The notes beneath the pieces are model-generated. The model was given only the letters and a program-made list of their open reading frames with translations. It made no database searches and was not told the origin of the DNA. This document shows, one piece after another, positions 51,106 to 62,500 of a DNA stretch of 64,000 bases (the first letter of the stretch is position 1; each line of letters opens with the position of its first letter). The stretch is from Squalus acanthias (Eukaryota). The stretch spans positions 37,698,001 through 37,762,000 of the forward strand of contig CM059432.1 in assembly GCA_030390025.1 (NCBI GenBank), given 5' to 3'. The position numbers and the translations under genes are program-made.

Positions 51106-52999
51106 TACGTGTATAACCTAGAAATGACTCCATTCTGAAACAAAGCTTACATGAAACATTAGCCACTTAATGTTAAAAATGATTGCATTGTATTTCCACC
51201 GCTTGGCTTGACCCCTGCCGTCCCCTCCCAACCCCCTGGGCTGGAGTTGTGCTTTTGTGCCACAGTTGGAAATATCAAATAGCCTTGGGTGCTGTGCGTT
51301 TCCAGCTACTGCACACAAACCAGCACAGACTAGTTGGACCGAAAGGCCTGTTTCTGTGCTGTATCTTCTATGTAATTCTACGTAAAAATTCTGTGTATAT
51401 GAGAGAAATGCACCAAGTAGTCCCTGTGGGACTACAATACCCAGAATTCGCCATGACAACCAAATAGAAAAGAATCTTTCAATTAAGCCGGGCAGTTCCA
51501 GAGCTGTGAGTGGGAGAGTGGTGCAACCTGGGAGTTTTGGTATGTATTCTGCTCCCGTGAAACTACAATATCCAGAGTGCCCTGTGACATTCAGTATTAC
51601 ATGACGACCTGACCCGGACATGGCGAATGGCTACTTATTCAAGGTGCTGGTCATTGAGAGGTCAACAGCAGGAAAAATCCCTGGTGCAGTGTTGCTTTAA
51701 CAATAGCTTCCGTGTGTGTTTCTGTTCCTGCTGTGTGTCTGTGTTTGTGTATCTGTCTGTGCTTTGTATCTGACTGACTGTGCTATTGTGTGTGGTTGTG
51801 TGTATGAAAGAGTGAGTCTCTGAATTTTGCTGGGCTGTGTGGAGTTTCTGTTTGTGCCTGTTATCTTGTGTGATTGCATGAGTGAAACTGAAATCGGGAT
51901 ACGAATTTTATATCTGGGATGCTCTTTTCATCGGTTTCCTCCCAGTTTGATGAGGTAATTAAATGTTTCACTCACTTCGTCTAGCATAGTTGTGTGTGAA
52001 GTTCCTGCCCAGCCAGGTGAAGATCAACCAGTGACTATACTCCTTGGGTGGGGGGAAGCGGGGTTTCTTTGTGGTTGATGGAAGACTGGAACTAAGTCAA
52101 CGGTCCATGGCAGTCCCTAACCTAGCCAGCATAGCAGTACTCCAGGGTGCTTCAGCGATCAGTGAACCAGCCTGACTCATTAATGAAGTAGGTAGGGTGG
52201 TCCTGGCTGAACCAGTGGTGGGAAGCTTGCCAGTGTTTTCTGTCAGTGCTCTGTGCTAGTCGGCTACCTGGTTAAACTCCAGCAATACCCACGTGCACTC
52301 TTGGGGGGGGGGGGTTCCCTGAGCTTTGGCTGCTGCCCACCCGAGACTAAACTCTCTGGACCTTGGTAAGCGAGGCAAATCGGGCAAATGAACTTGACCT
52401 ATGTGGATTTCTCTGCAGCTTAGTTCAGAGATTCTTAAGAAGGGCGATTAGTTTCCACAAGTTTAAAAAAAAAAGGACCCAGTGTCGGCATCAAACATTC
52501 GGTTTACACAAAGCACAGGCTTTTATGTAGATAAAGCTCCCTTTAAAATGTCCCAACAAGGACTGAATCTCTAAAGATTTGAGTTCTGCTGTTATTCTTC
52601 CTTTACATTTTTATTTACCCTTTTTTTTTAGCACTTTTCTCCTCTCCCAAGTCCCCAAGGTGCACCCATAATCCCTCCGTTAAGAGCTCAGATCGGCTTC
52701 ATACCCCAGTCCCAGTCAATGGCAGGGTGCATGGGAGCAGTCTGATGTGACTTGTCCTTCTGCTCTTGACAACACAGCTTGCTGCAGTTTTTGCTGTAAG
52801 CTTCATTTGCATTGCTGATTATTCCTAGCAGGAATAAACAAACCAGATTTTAAAAGGCTGAACTAACACACTTGTGGATGACATGAATGCAAGTCGAACG
52901 TTCCTGACATGGTGTGTCTCCATGCCAGTCCTACTGCGAAGCTGCTGGTGGGAAATTGGAACTGCTCCCATTGCTCAGTAGCTTGATTTTTTTTGTTCG

Positions 53000-53722
53000 T
53001 TTGTTTGTTTTTCAAAAATCTTTCTTTCTGTAGAGCTGCCGCAAACTGAGAGAAAATTGGAAAATAAAGAGAAAGGGAGAGAAATTGGTAAGCGTTGTGC
53101 TCGTTTTTTTGGGTGTATAATGGGCACAACGTCTGCGTATTTCTGGGCGGAGGTTCTGTGCCAGTGGCATGGCCGCCGCTATATTGATCCTTGCTGTTTT
53201 TAGGCGTCCCTGACAGCTGCCTGAAAGCATCGTTAGCCGAATTTAAATATGCAAAGAAGGGTCCTGCGCCTATTTCAGGACCTTTTTCCAATATTCATGA
53301 AAAACTGCGCGATGTGTGTGCTGTGCATGTTGTGACTTTTTTCAGTTCTACTGTGGCCTAACCAGTGGTCCTTAAAGGGGCCGTTGGAAGCTGTAGAACA
53401 AAAGGTAGGTTTTTCATTTTTACTTACCGTGATCTGAGTGCTTCTCCTGGCTCCACAGCAGAACTGCAGGCTGCTGTCAGCTCGCACTCGCCCCGCTCAC
53501 ATTTTCCCCTGCTCCCTTCTTCCTGGACTTACCTGTTCTCCGTCCAAGCTGGCCGAAATTGGGAAGACCCAGATTGACGAGCTGCTTGGGGTCGCCCGAT
53601 TTGCACCCACACCGCGTGCTATTAGTACAACAAGGCCCAAGGACCAATTTCTCGTGATCTTTGGGATCGTTCCCTGCGTGCATTTGATGCCTGAAAACTG
53701 GCCCAAACCCATTTCTACCCCC
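53000..53722. mobile_element. MITE related to 45581-46227
   Basis: Shares acaaggccc..gaccaatt..gatctt.ggg and the terminal atttctacccc with that element. The left boundary is uncertain. Confidence 0.55.
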
Positions 53723-54130
53723 AAAGAGTGGGGACTGGGGCAAATGCAGAAAAAACTGAATGCAATTGTGCCGCATCTCTGCGGGGCCAAACCAAACCTA
53801 ACAGTGAAGCAGAAGATATTCGAGAACATTCTGAGCAGAAAGGCAATGAAAACTCAACTAGTGACGCTGATTCCATTTGTAGTGCTCCTAACCGTTGCCG
53901 TATGGTGCACAGGCGAAAGCCAGCATACTGTCCCTGACCATCTGTGACAGTATGCAATCCAAACACATGCTGCCAAGCCAGACATACAAGAAATAAGAAC
54001 AGTGAGCAGAACCACAGGAAGGTTTTACAAAGCATCCAGCAAACAATTGGAGAATTGAGCCCAATGTGCCTTCATAGCAACCTTACACATTGGACGCCTA
54101 AGTATATCAGGGCATCATTACTATTTCTGG

Positions 54131-54870
54131 AATAACAACAGAAAACGCTGGAAAAACTCAGCAGGCCAGGCAACATCCGTGGAGAGAGAAAGAGAGTTAA
54201 CGTTTCAGGTCGAAACCCTTCGTCGGAACTGAAAGAGCAAGAAATAAACAGATAAAAATGCAAGGGGGAGGCTGGGGGGAGGAATAAAAGAACAAAAGGG
54301 ATGGTCTTTAGTGAGTAGAGACATTGAGAGATGCTCAAGGCAAGACGAGATGGTAATGGGACAGGTTGAGAAACAAAAGGTAAGGTGTGAAATGCTGGCA
54401 GAATCAGAGACAGCTGCCGTGGAGGGAGAGAAAGAAAAAAAGGAAAAAGGCACGGACCAAAAGAGTGGATAAAATGTATATATATGTGGTAGGGGCCGGG
54501 GTTATGATCTGAAATTGTTGAACTCGATATTGAGTCCGGAAGGCTGTAAAGTGCCTAAACGGAAGATGAGGTGCTGTTCCTGGAGCTTACGCTGCGCTTC
54601 CGTGGAACAATGCAAGAGGCCGAGGACGGTGAGGTCTGAGTGAGCGTGGAGGGGTGAATTAAAATGACAAGCGACCGGAAGCTCGGGGTCACCCTTCCGG
54701 ACTGAACGGAGGTGATCTGTTTATTTCTTGCTCTTTCAGTTCCGACGAAGGGTTTCGACCTGAAACGTTAACTCTCTTTCTCTCTCCACGGATGTTGCCT
54801 GGCCTGCTGAGTTTTTCCAGCGTTTTCTGTTATTTTCGGATTTCCAGCATCCGCAGTATTTTGCTATCGT
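54131..54870 (-). mobile_element. Young 5'-truncated Penelope-like element with inverted pseudo-LTR
   Basis: Minus-strand open frame about 54502-54714 reads HLRSVRKGDPELPVACHFNSPLHAHSDLTVLGLLHCSTEAQRKLQEQHLIFRLGTLQPSGLNIEFNNFRS*, the C-terminus of a PLE GIY-YIG endonuclease. Inverted repeat at 54137-54253 and 54715-54831. TSD ATTACTATTTCTGG at 54117-54130 and 54871-54884. Confidence 0.92.
54737..54774 (+). ncRNA. Minimal hammerhead-ribozyme-like motif in the PLE pseudo-LTR (mirror copy on the minus strand at about 54194-54231)
   Basis: AGTT-CCGACGA-A-GGGT-TTCG-ACCT-GAAACGTT-AACT: stem I, a CUGANGA-like core with a U-to-C change, a UUCG-capped stem II, and GAAA with palindromic ACGT. Confidence 0.6.
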
Positions 54871-55560
54871 ATTACTATTTCTGGCAATGGTCAACAGGCC
54901 CTCCCACAATCGTTTAAAAAGGATTAGCTTACTACAGAAAATATGCAGATTTTTTTTTTAGTAGGACATCGATTTCAGCTGGCCCTGTCACAATACAAAC
55001 CTTATTATATTTGATGGTTTCCCTGGCAACCTGCAGACCGCTGTCCTTTTTCCACTGCTGTGTGTTGGTTACTGTACAGCATGATGCAGGAGACACGAGA
55101 AATACTGGCAGGTTCAGCTGCTGGGAACATACAGGCGTCACATTTTTATCAGGCCGATCTTGAATATGCAAATTAAATGTTACAGCTATTGTTTAATTGC
55201 AATATAAAGCATGTGCAGCACTACAGGTAAATGTAACAGTTGTAAATAGCATCAAGCTGGGATGGCACTGTTACTGCAGAAGTGGGCTTTGCTCCTTGAA
55301 ATACCTCACTGGTCTTGAACTCTGCAGCCACCAAGCTTGTTGTGGAATTCCAGCTATGTTTGGTCACCAGGCCTCCACCAATACATCCCGGAAATATCCG
55401 ATCGCCATGTTGTTCTTAACGTGTTAGTGCAATGTGCGTAGGTCTGCTTTGACAACAAATGAACATAGCCAGGTTCCCAAAGCGCTGGAAAATGCAAGAC
55501 ATTTGGTGTGAAGTTACTATATTTGTTCAGTACAAACCGCAGCAGATGTGGTGTAGTCAG

Positions 55561-56812
55561 CAACAACAACGTGCATTTATATAGCGCCTTTATTATAGTA
55601 AAACGTCCCAAGGCACTTCACGGCAGTGCTATCAAACAAAATTTGACACCGAGCCACATAAGGAGATATTAGGACAGATGACGTAGGTTTTAAGGACTGT
55701 CTCAACAGAGGCGCGAGAGGTAGAATGGTGGAGAGGTTTAGGGAGGGAATTCTAAAGCTTAGGGCCCAGGAAGCTGAAGGCACGGCTGCTAATGGTGGAA
55801 TGATTAAAATCGGGGATGGACCAGAGGCCAGAATTGGAGGAGCAGAAAGACCTCGCAACGTTGTAGGGCTGAAGGAGGTTACAGAGTTGTGGGTGGGGGC
55901 TGGATGGGAACAAGGATGAAAATTTTAAAATCAAGATGTTGCCAGACCGGGACCAATGTAGGTCAGTGAGCACAGGGGTGACGGGTGAAGGAGATTTGGT
56001 GTGAGTTAGGACATGGGCAGGAGAGTTTTGGATAAGCTCAAGTTTATGGAGGGTGGAAGATGGGAGGCCGGCCAGGAGTGCGTCGGAATAGTCAAGTCTA
56101 AAGGTAACAAAGGCATGGATGAGGGTTTCGGCAGCAGATGAGCTGAGGCAGGGGCGGAGACGGGCAGTGTTACGGAGGTGGAAGTAGGTGGCCTTGGTGA
56201 TGGAGCGGATATGTGGTCAGAAGATCGTCTCTGGGTCAAATACAACACCAAGGTTGTGAACGGTCTGGTTCAGTCTCAGACAGTTGCCAGGGAGAGGGAT
56301 GGAGTCGGTGGCTAGGGAATGGAATTTGTGACAGGGACCGAAGACAACGGCTTCGGTCTTCCCAATATTTAGTTGGAGGAAATTTCTGCTCATCCAGTAC
56401 TGGATGTCGGACAAGCAGTCTAACAAGTCAGAGAGAGTGGAGGAGCTGGGAGAGGTGGTGGTGAGGTAGAGCTGGGTGTCGTCAGCGTACATGTGGAACC
56501 TGATGTTGTGTTTTCGGATGATGTAGATGAGAAATAGGAGGGAATCAAGGATAGATCCTTGGGGGACTCCAGAGGTAATGGTGCGGGAGTGGGAAGAGAA
56601 GCCGTTGCAGGTGATTAACTAGCTATGATTGGATAGATAAGAATGGAACCAGGCAAGGTCAGTTCCACCCAGCTGGACGACGGTGGAGAGGTGATGGAGG
56701 AGGATGATGTGGTCAACTGTTTCAAAGGCTGCAGACAGGTCAAGAAGAATGAGGATGGATAATTTACAGTCACATACAATATCATTTTTGACTTTGGTAA
56801 GGGCCGTTTTAG
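55561..56812 (-). mobile_element. L2 LINE, 5'-truncated, RT C-terminal part plus 3' UTR
   Basis: LILLDLSAAFETVDH, GVPQGS and MYADDTQLYL motifs, and the L2 tail ggcgctatataaatgcacgttgttgttg. Confidence 0.92.
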
Positions 56813-57320
56813 TAGTGGAGGCAAAAAAACTCAAACGACCATTCATGGAACAGACTCTGCGAACTTGGAATCACAGGTTTCTGTGGAAGGTTAAGCTTAA
56901 TGGATTAAATGGCCTCCCTCAGCTGTACTTATCTTTGTGACCGTACAACCTTCCTACAGGTGAAATGTCTCATTTCGGCTTGGCAGCTCCCATTAGTAGC
57001 TATTTTAAGACTGAGAACTTGTTGTATCGAGAAATACGGGAGTGAACTCAACGACATGACTCACAGCTGCTTCCTGTGGCTCTTCAGTAGCGTTCTGCTC
57101 CTTGTGCCACCGCGCAGGCCATCAGGCATCATTGCAATTTCATCCCCTACAATACTATTGGCCAACTAATGAGATACAGCCAGACACTCCCTTCAGCTCC
57201 TACACATTCATTGTTGCTCTGAACTCTTCCCAGGTGATGGTTAGAATTCCATCCTGACATCCTCTCCCCACACTCACGATCCCCTTCACCACACTACAAA
57301 TCTTTGTTCCTCACATTCCC

Positions 57321-57670
57321 AACATAAGAAATAAGAGCAGGAGTAGGCCATACGGCCCCTCGAGCCTGCTCCACCATTCAATAAGATCATGGCTGATCAT
57401 CCACCTCAACTCCACTTTCCTGCCCGATCTCCATATCCCTTGATTCCCCTAGAGTCCAAAAATCTATTTATCTCAGCCTTGAATACCTCAAAGACTCAGC
57501 ATTGACAGCCCTCTGGGGCAGAGAATTCCAAAGATTCACAACCTTTGAGTGAAGAAATTCCTCCTCATCTCAGTCTTAAATGGCCTACCCCTTATCCTGA
57601 GACTATGCCCCTAGTTCTAGACACTCCAGCCAGGGGAAACAACCTCTCAGCATCTACCCTATCAATCCCC
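57321..57670 (-). mobile_element. HER1-like CR1 3' fragment
   Basis: Near-identical to 59593-59930. Confidence 0.9.
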
Positions 57671-58318
57671 TTTAGTCAAACTTTTATAAGAATCGTCCAA
57701 TCCCTACCCTCACAAATTCCCAACACCCCACCTCCAGTGCGCAGACCTTGTCCTTTCACCCTGTATCACTGCAATCAGCATGTTTCAGCGCATGTATTAC
57801 TACCCAGTGAAAATTTAAATAGTAACCAATCGAAAAAAAGTTTATTTTTAAATCACTTTGTGCTTTTGAACTGGGGATTTTTTAACTGTACATTTAACAG
57901 TACACAAAACACTTTGCATTCAGCCTACTAATGCTTTCCATTTTATTTCAATATTTTAACAAGTTTACCATCATTGAAACATTTATACATTAAATAAAAA
58001 TGAATGGCTCAACTTCACAAACAATTCCAGTCCATTAACAGTATCTTATCAAAGCTCTCTTTCCGGTATTTCCCTGTAAGCAGGGCACAGGCAGACACTG
58101 TAAACTCACAGATATCCAAGTTCTTTCTCAGCCTGTACTGTATTGTAAGGTGCTGCAGAATGTGTCCTTTTCTGAAGCAGTTTCTTGCATCCGTTGTAAA
58201 AGCAGTGTTAGGTCAGGCCAGGGAAGGATGCCGACTGTCCTGTCGTAGTCGATGGAGCACTTTACGTTGTAGTCCTAAAGCAGCTTTTTATTGCATAATA
58301 TTCCTTGTGTAAAATAAT

Positions 58319-59061
58319 GGCCCAGAAATTGATCTCGCTCTGTTCCCGCGGGGGTAAGGAGCAGGCGCGATCTCTCACTCCGCGTTGGCTTTTTCAGATC
58401 CAGCTCGCACGAACTTGATGTTCTAGACATCAGCTGGGCAGTGCTTGCGTATCCCACCGGCGTAGTGAATTCGTGCGAGCTGTGGGAATCACGTGACTCA
58501 GTTAGAGCCAATGGCAGCACACCATCTTCCATTCATAAGTTTCACATACGTGCTGTGAAAGCTATGAATCTTACACCCCCCCAAAATAACAGCTAAACCT
58601 CAATTAAATTAAAAAAAAACCATCACATTAATAAAATAAGTATAGTTAAATAAATTAACCATTTTAAATAAAAAATTAATTTTTTGAAAAAATTTAAAAT
58701 CTTTTAAAAAGTTATAAAAATAAACTTACCTGTCTTTAAAGTCTCTAAAAAAGATATACCTGTTAAAAAAAATTCAAAATAATACTTAATTCACTACTTA
58801 CCTTGTTAAAAGTGGGTCTTACTCCTCCTTTTTTCATTTCTAAAATCTTCCGTCCTTACCTGCGCGTCCAAAGCACTAAGTGCACAGCGTGCGCGCAGCC
58901 TGTAGCGCGCACGCGGTGCACCGAGGAACCGCCCCCTTTTCCAAAAACCAAGTGCCGGTTTTCAGCGCATGCGCAGTGCATGCAGAAAACCGGCAATTGG
59001 AGAGAGAATACGCGAGAGTACACAGTGCGTACTCTCGCGTAGCGGCATCAATTTTTGGCCC
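58319..59061. mobile_element. CpG-rich MITE, probably Harbinger-derived
   Basis: TIRs GGCCCAGAAATTGAT and ATCAATTTTTGGCCC, with a 3-bp AAT TSD (58316-58318 and 59062-59064). Confidence 0.8.
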
Positions 59062-59064
59062 AAT

Positions 59065-59590
59065 GTCTCAAAGTGAAGGAGAGGTGAATGCCATGCAGAA
59101 AATAAAGGAATTTGGAGAGGGGGAGACTGAAGGCAAGGTAGAACAGGAGGCTTTTGAAGGTAGAGGTAGTTAGGAAAATGTTTATGAGGGGAGTTCCATA
59201 GACCATGTGGATAGTAATTAGTAGTTGTCTTTGAACAGTTGGAGGAATGCAGGGTATGTTCTGGGACTTGTGACTGGAGATTTCCCAGATAAGGCAAGGC
59301 TCTGGAAGGACTTGAAAACAAGCTTGGGGATCTTCACATTGATTCGCTGAGGCACAGGGAGCAGTGGAGATAGGTGAAGACAGGGGTAGTGGTGTATGGG
59401 TATCACTAGGTACAATTGGGAAGATGGATGGAGTTGTTGCTAGCAAGAGCCAAATAGAATGGCTTCAAATTTTGTTGATATTGAGCTGTAGGAAGTTTCA
59501 ACCCATCTACGACTTGATGTCAAACAGGCAGTCAGAAATTACAGCAACAGTCACCAAATCTGTGGTGATGGTGGAGCGAAAGAGTTGAAT
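59065..59590 (-). mobile_element. Degenerate L2-like fragment
   Basis: Remnants KLVFKSFQSLA and a QLNINKI-like segment parallel the L2 copy at 55561-56812. Confidence 0.5.
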
Positions 59591-59592
59591 AT

Positions 59593-62500
59593 CATAGGAA
59601 CATAAGAAATAGGAGTAGGCCATACGGCCCCTCAAGCTTGCTCCGTCATTCAATAAGATCATGGCTAATCTTCGACTTCAACTCCACTTTCCCGCCTAAT
59701 CTCCATATCCCTTGATTCCTCTAGAGTCCAAAAATCTATCTATCTCAGCCTTAAATATACTCAATGACTCAGCATCCACAGCCCTTTGGGGTAGAGAATG
59801 CCAAAGATTCACAACCCTCTGAGTGAAGAAATTCCTCCTCATCTTAGTCTTACCCCTTATCCTGAGACTACACCCCCTAGTTCTAGACTCTCCAGCCAGG
59901 GGAAACAACCTCAGCATCTACCCTGTCAATCCCTCTCAGAATCTTACATGTTTTCAATGAGATCACCCCTCATTCTTCTAAACTCCAGAGAGTATAGGCT
60001 CAATCTCTCCTCATAGCACAACCCTCTCATCCCAGGGATCAATCTTCATTGCACCGCCTCTAAGGCAAGTATGGCCTTCCTTAGATAAGGAAACCAAAAC
60101 TGTGCCCAGTATGGGGCAACACGGTGGCATAGTGGTTAGCACTGTTGCCTCACAGCGCCAGGGACCCGGGTTTGAATCCGGCCTTGGGTGACTGTCTGTG
60201 TGGAGTTTGCACATTCTCCCCGTGTCTGCGTGGGTTTCCTCCGGGTGCTCCGGTTTCCTCCCACAGTCCAAAGATGTGCGGGTTAGGTTGATTTGGCTAT
60301 GATAAATTGACCCTTAGTGTTAGGGGGATTAAATACGTGGGGTTACGGGGATAGGGTGGGATATGTGTCGGTGCAGGCTCGATGGGCCAAAATAGCCTCT
60401 ATCTGCACTGTGGGGATTCTGTGATACTCCAGGTGTGCTCTCACCAAAGCCCTGTACAATTGTAGCAAGGCTTCCTTACTCTCGTATGCCAACCTCTAGC
60501 TATAAAGGCCAACATTCCATTCCATTTAACTTCCTAATTGCTTGCTGCACGTGCATGCTGACTCTCAGTGTTTCCTGTACGAGGACACCCAAATCTCTCT
60601 GAACACCAACATTTAATAGATTCTCACCATTTAAAAAATATTCTGTTTTTCTATTCTTCCTCACATTTCCCCACATTATACTCCATCTGCCACTTTATTG
60701 CCCACTCACTTAACCTGTCTATATCCCTTTGCAGGCTCTTTGTATCCTCTTCACAGCTTACTTTTCCACCTGGCTTTGTATCATCAGCAAACTTGGATAC
60801 ATTGCACTCGGTCCCTTCATCTAAGTCATTAATATAGATTGCAAATAGCTGAGGCCCAAGCACTGATCCTTGCGGCACCCCACTAGTTACAGCCGGCCAA
60901 CCTAAAAATAACCCGTTTATCCCTACTCTCTCTTTTCTGTCCGTTAACCAATCCTCTATCCATGCTACTATATTACCCCCGACCCCATGAGCCCTTCTCT
61001 TGCGTAACAACCTTTTATGTGGCGCCTTATCGAATGCCTTTTGGAAATCCAAATATACTACATCCACTGGTTCCCCTTTATCTACCCTGCTAGTTACATC
61101 CTCAAAATAATAAATTTGTTAAACACGATTTCCCTTTCATAAAACCATGTTGACTCTGCCTAATTATATTGCGATTTTCTAAATACCCTGTTACCACTTC
61201 CTTAATAATGGATTCCAGCAATTTCCCGACAATTGATGTCCGGCTAACTGGCCTGTAGTTCCCTGTTTTCTCTCACCCTCCTTTCTTGAATATCGGGGTT
61301 AGATTTGCTACCTTCCAATCCGCTGGGACCATTCTAGAATCTAGGGAACTTTGGAAGATCACAACCAATGCATTCACTATCTCTGCAGCCACCTCTTTTA
61401 GAACCCTAGTATGTAGACCATCAGGTCCAGGGGATTTGTCGGCTTTTAGTCCCATTAGTTTCTCAAGTACTTTTTCTCTACTGATCTTAATTACTTTAAG
61501 TTCCTCACTCTCATTAGCCTCTTGGTTCCCCACTATTTTTGGTATGCTTTTTGTATCTTCTACTGTGAAGACAGATATAAAATATTTGTTTAAAGTCTCT
61601 ACCATTTCCTTATTCCCCATTATAATTTCTCCTGTCTCAGCCTGTAAGGGACCACCGCTTACTTTAGCTACTCGCTACCTTTTTACATACTTGTAGAAGC
61701 TCTTGCAATCTGTTTTTATATTTCTTGCTAGTTTACTCTCATTCTATTTTCTCCCTTTTTATCAATATTTTGGTCATCCTTTGCTGGTTTCTAAAGCTCT
61801 TCCCATCCTCACACTTACTACTATTCTTCGCAACATTATAAGCCTCTTTTAATCTAATACTATCCTTAACTTCTTTCGTTAGCCATGGATGGATCAGTTT
61901 TCCAGTGGAGTTTTTATTTCTAAATGGAATGTATACTCGTTGAGAATTTTTGGAATATTTCTTTAAATGTTTGCCATTGCTTATCTACTGTCATACCTTT
62001 TAATCGAATTCCCCAATCTACCTTAGCCAACTTGCCCCTCACACCTATGTAATTGGCTTTATTTAAGTTTAAGACTCTAGTTTTGGATTTGAGTATTTCA
62101 TTCTCAAACCCAATGTGAAATTCTATCTTATTATAATCACTCTTCCCTAGGGATCCTTTACTATGAGATTACTAATTAACCCAATCTCATTACACAATAG
62201 AAGATCTAAAATAGTCTGTTCCCTGGTTGGTTCCACGACATATTGTTCTAGGTAACTGTCCCGAATGCATTCCGTGATTTCGTCCTCCAGATTACATTTG
62301 CCAATTTGATTTGCCCAGTCTATATGAAGATTAAAGTCCCCCACAATTATTGCAATACCTTTGTTACAAGCTCCTATTGATTATTGATTATTACTCTGTC
62401 CAACGGTGTAGCTACTGTTAGGGAGCCTATAAACAACTCCCACCAGTTTTTTCTGCCCCTTGTTATTTCTTATCTGCACCTATATTGGTTCTACTTCCTG

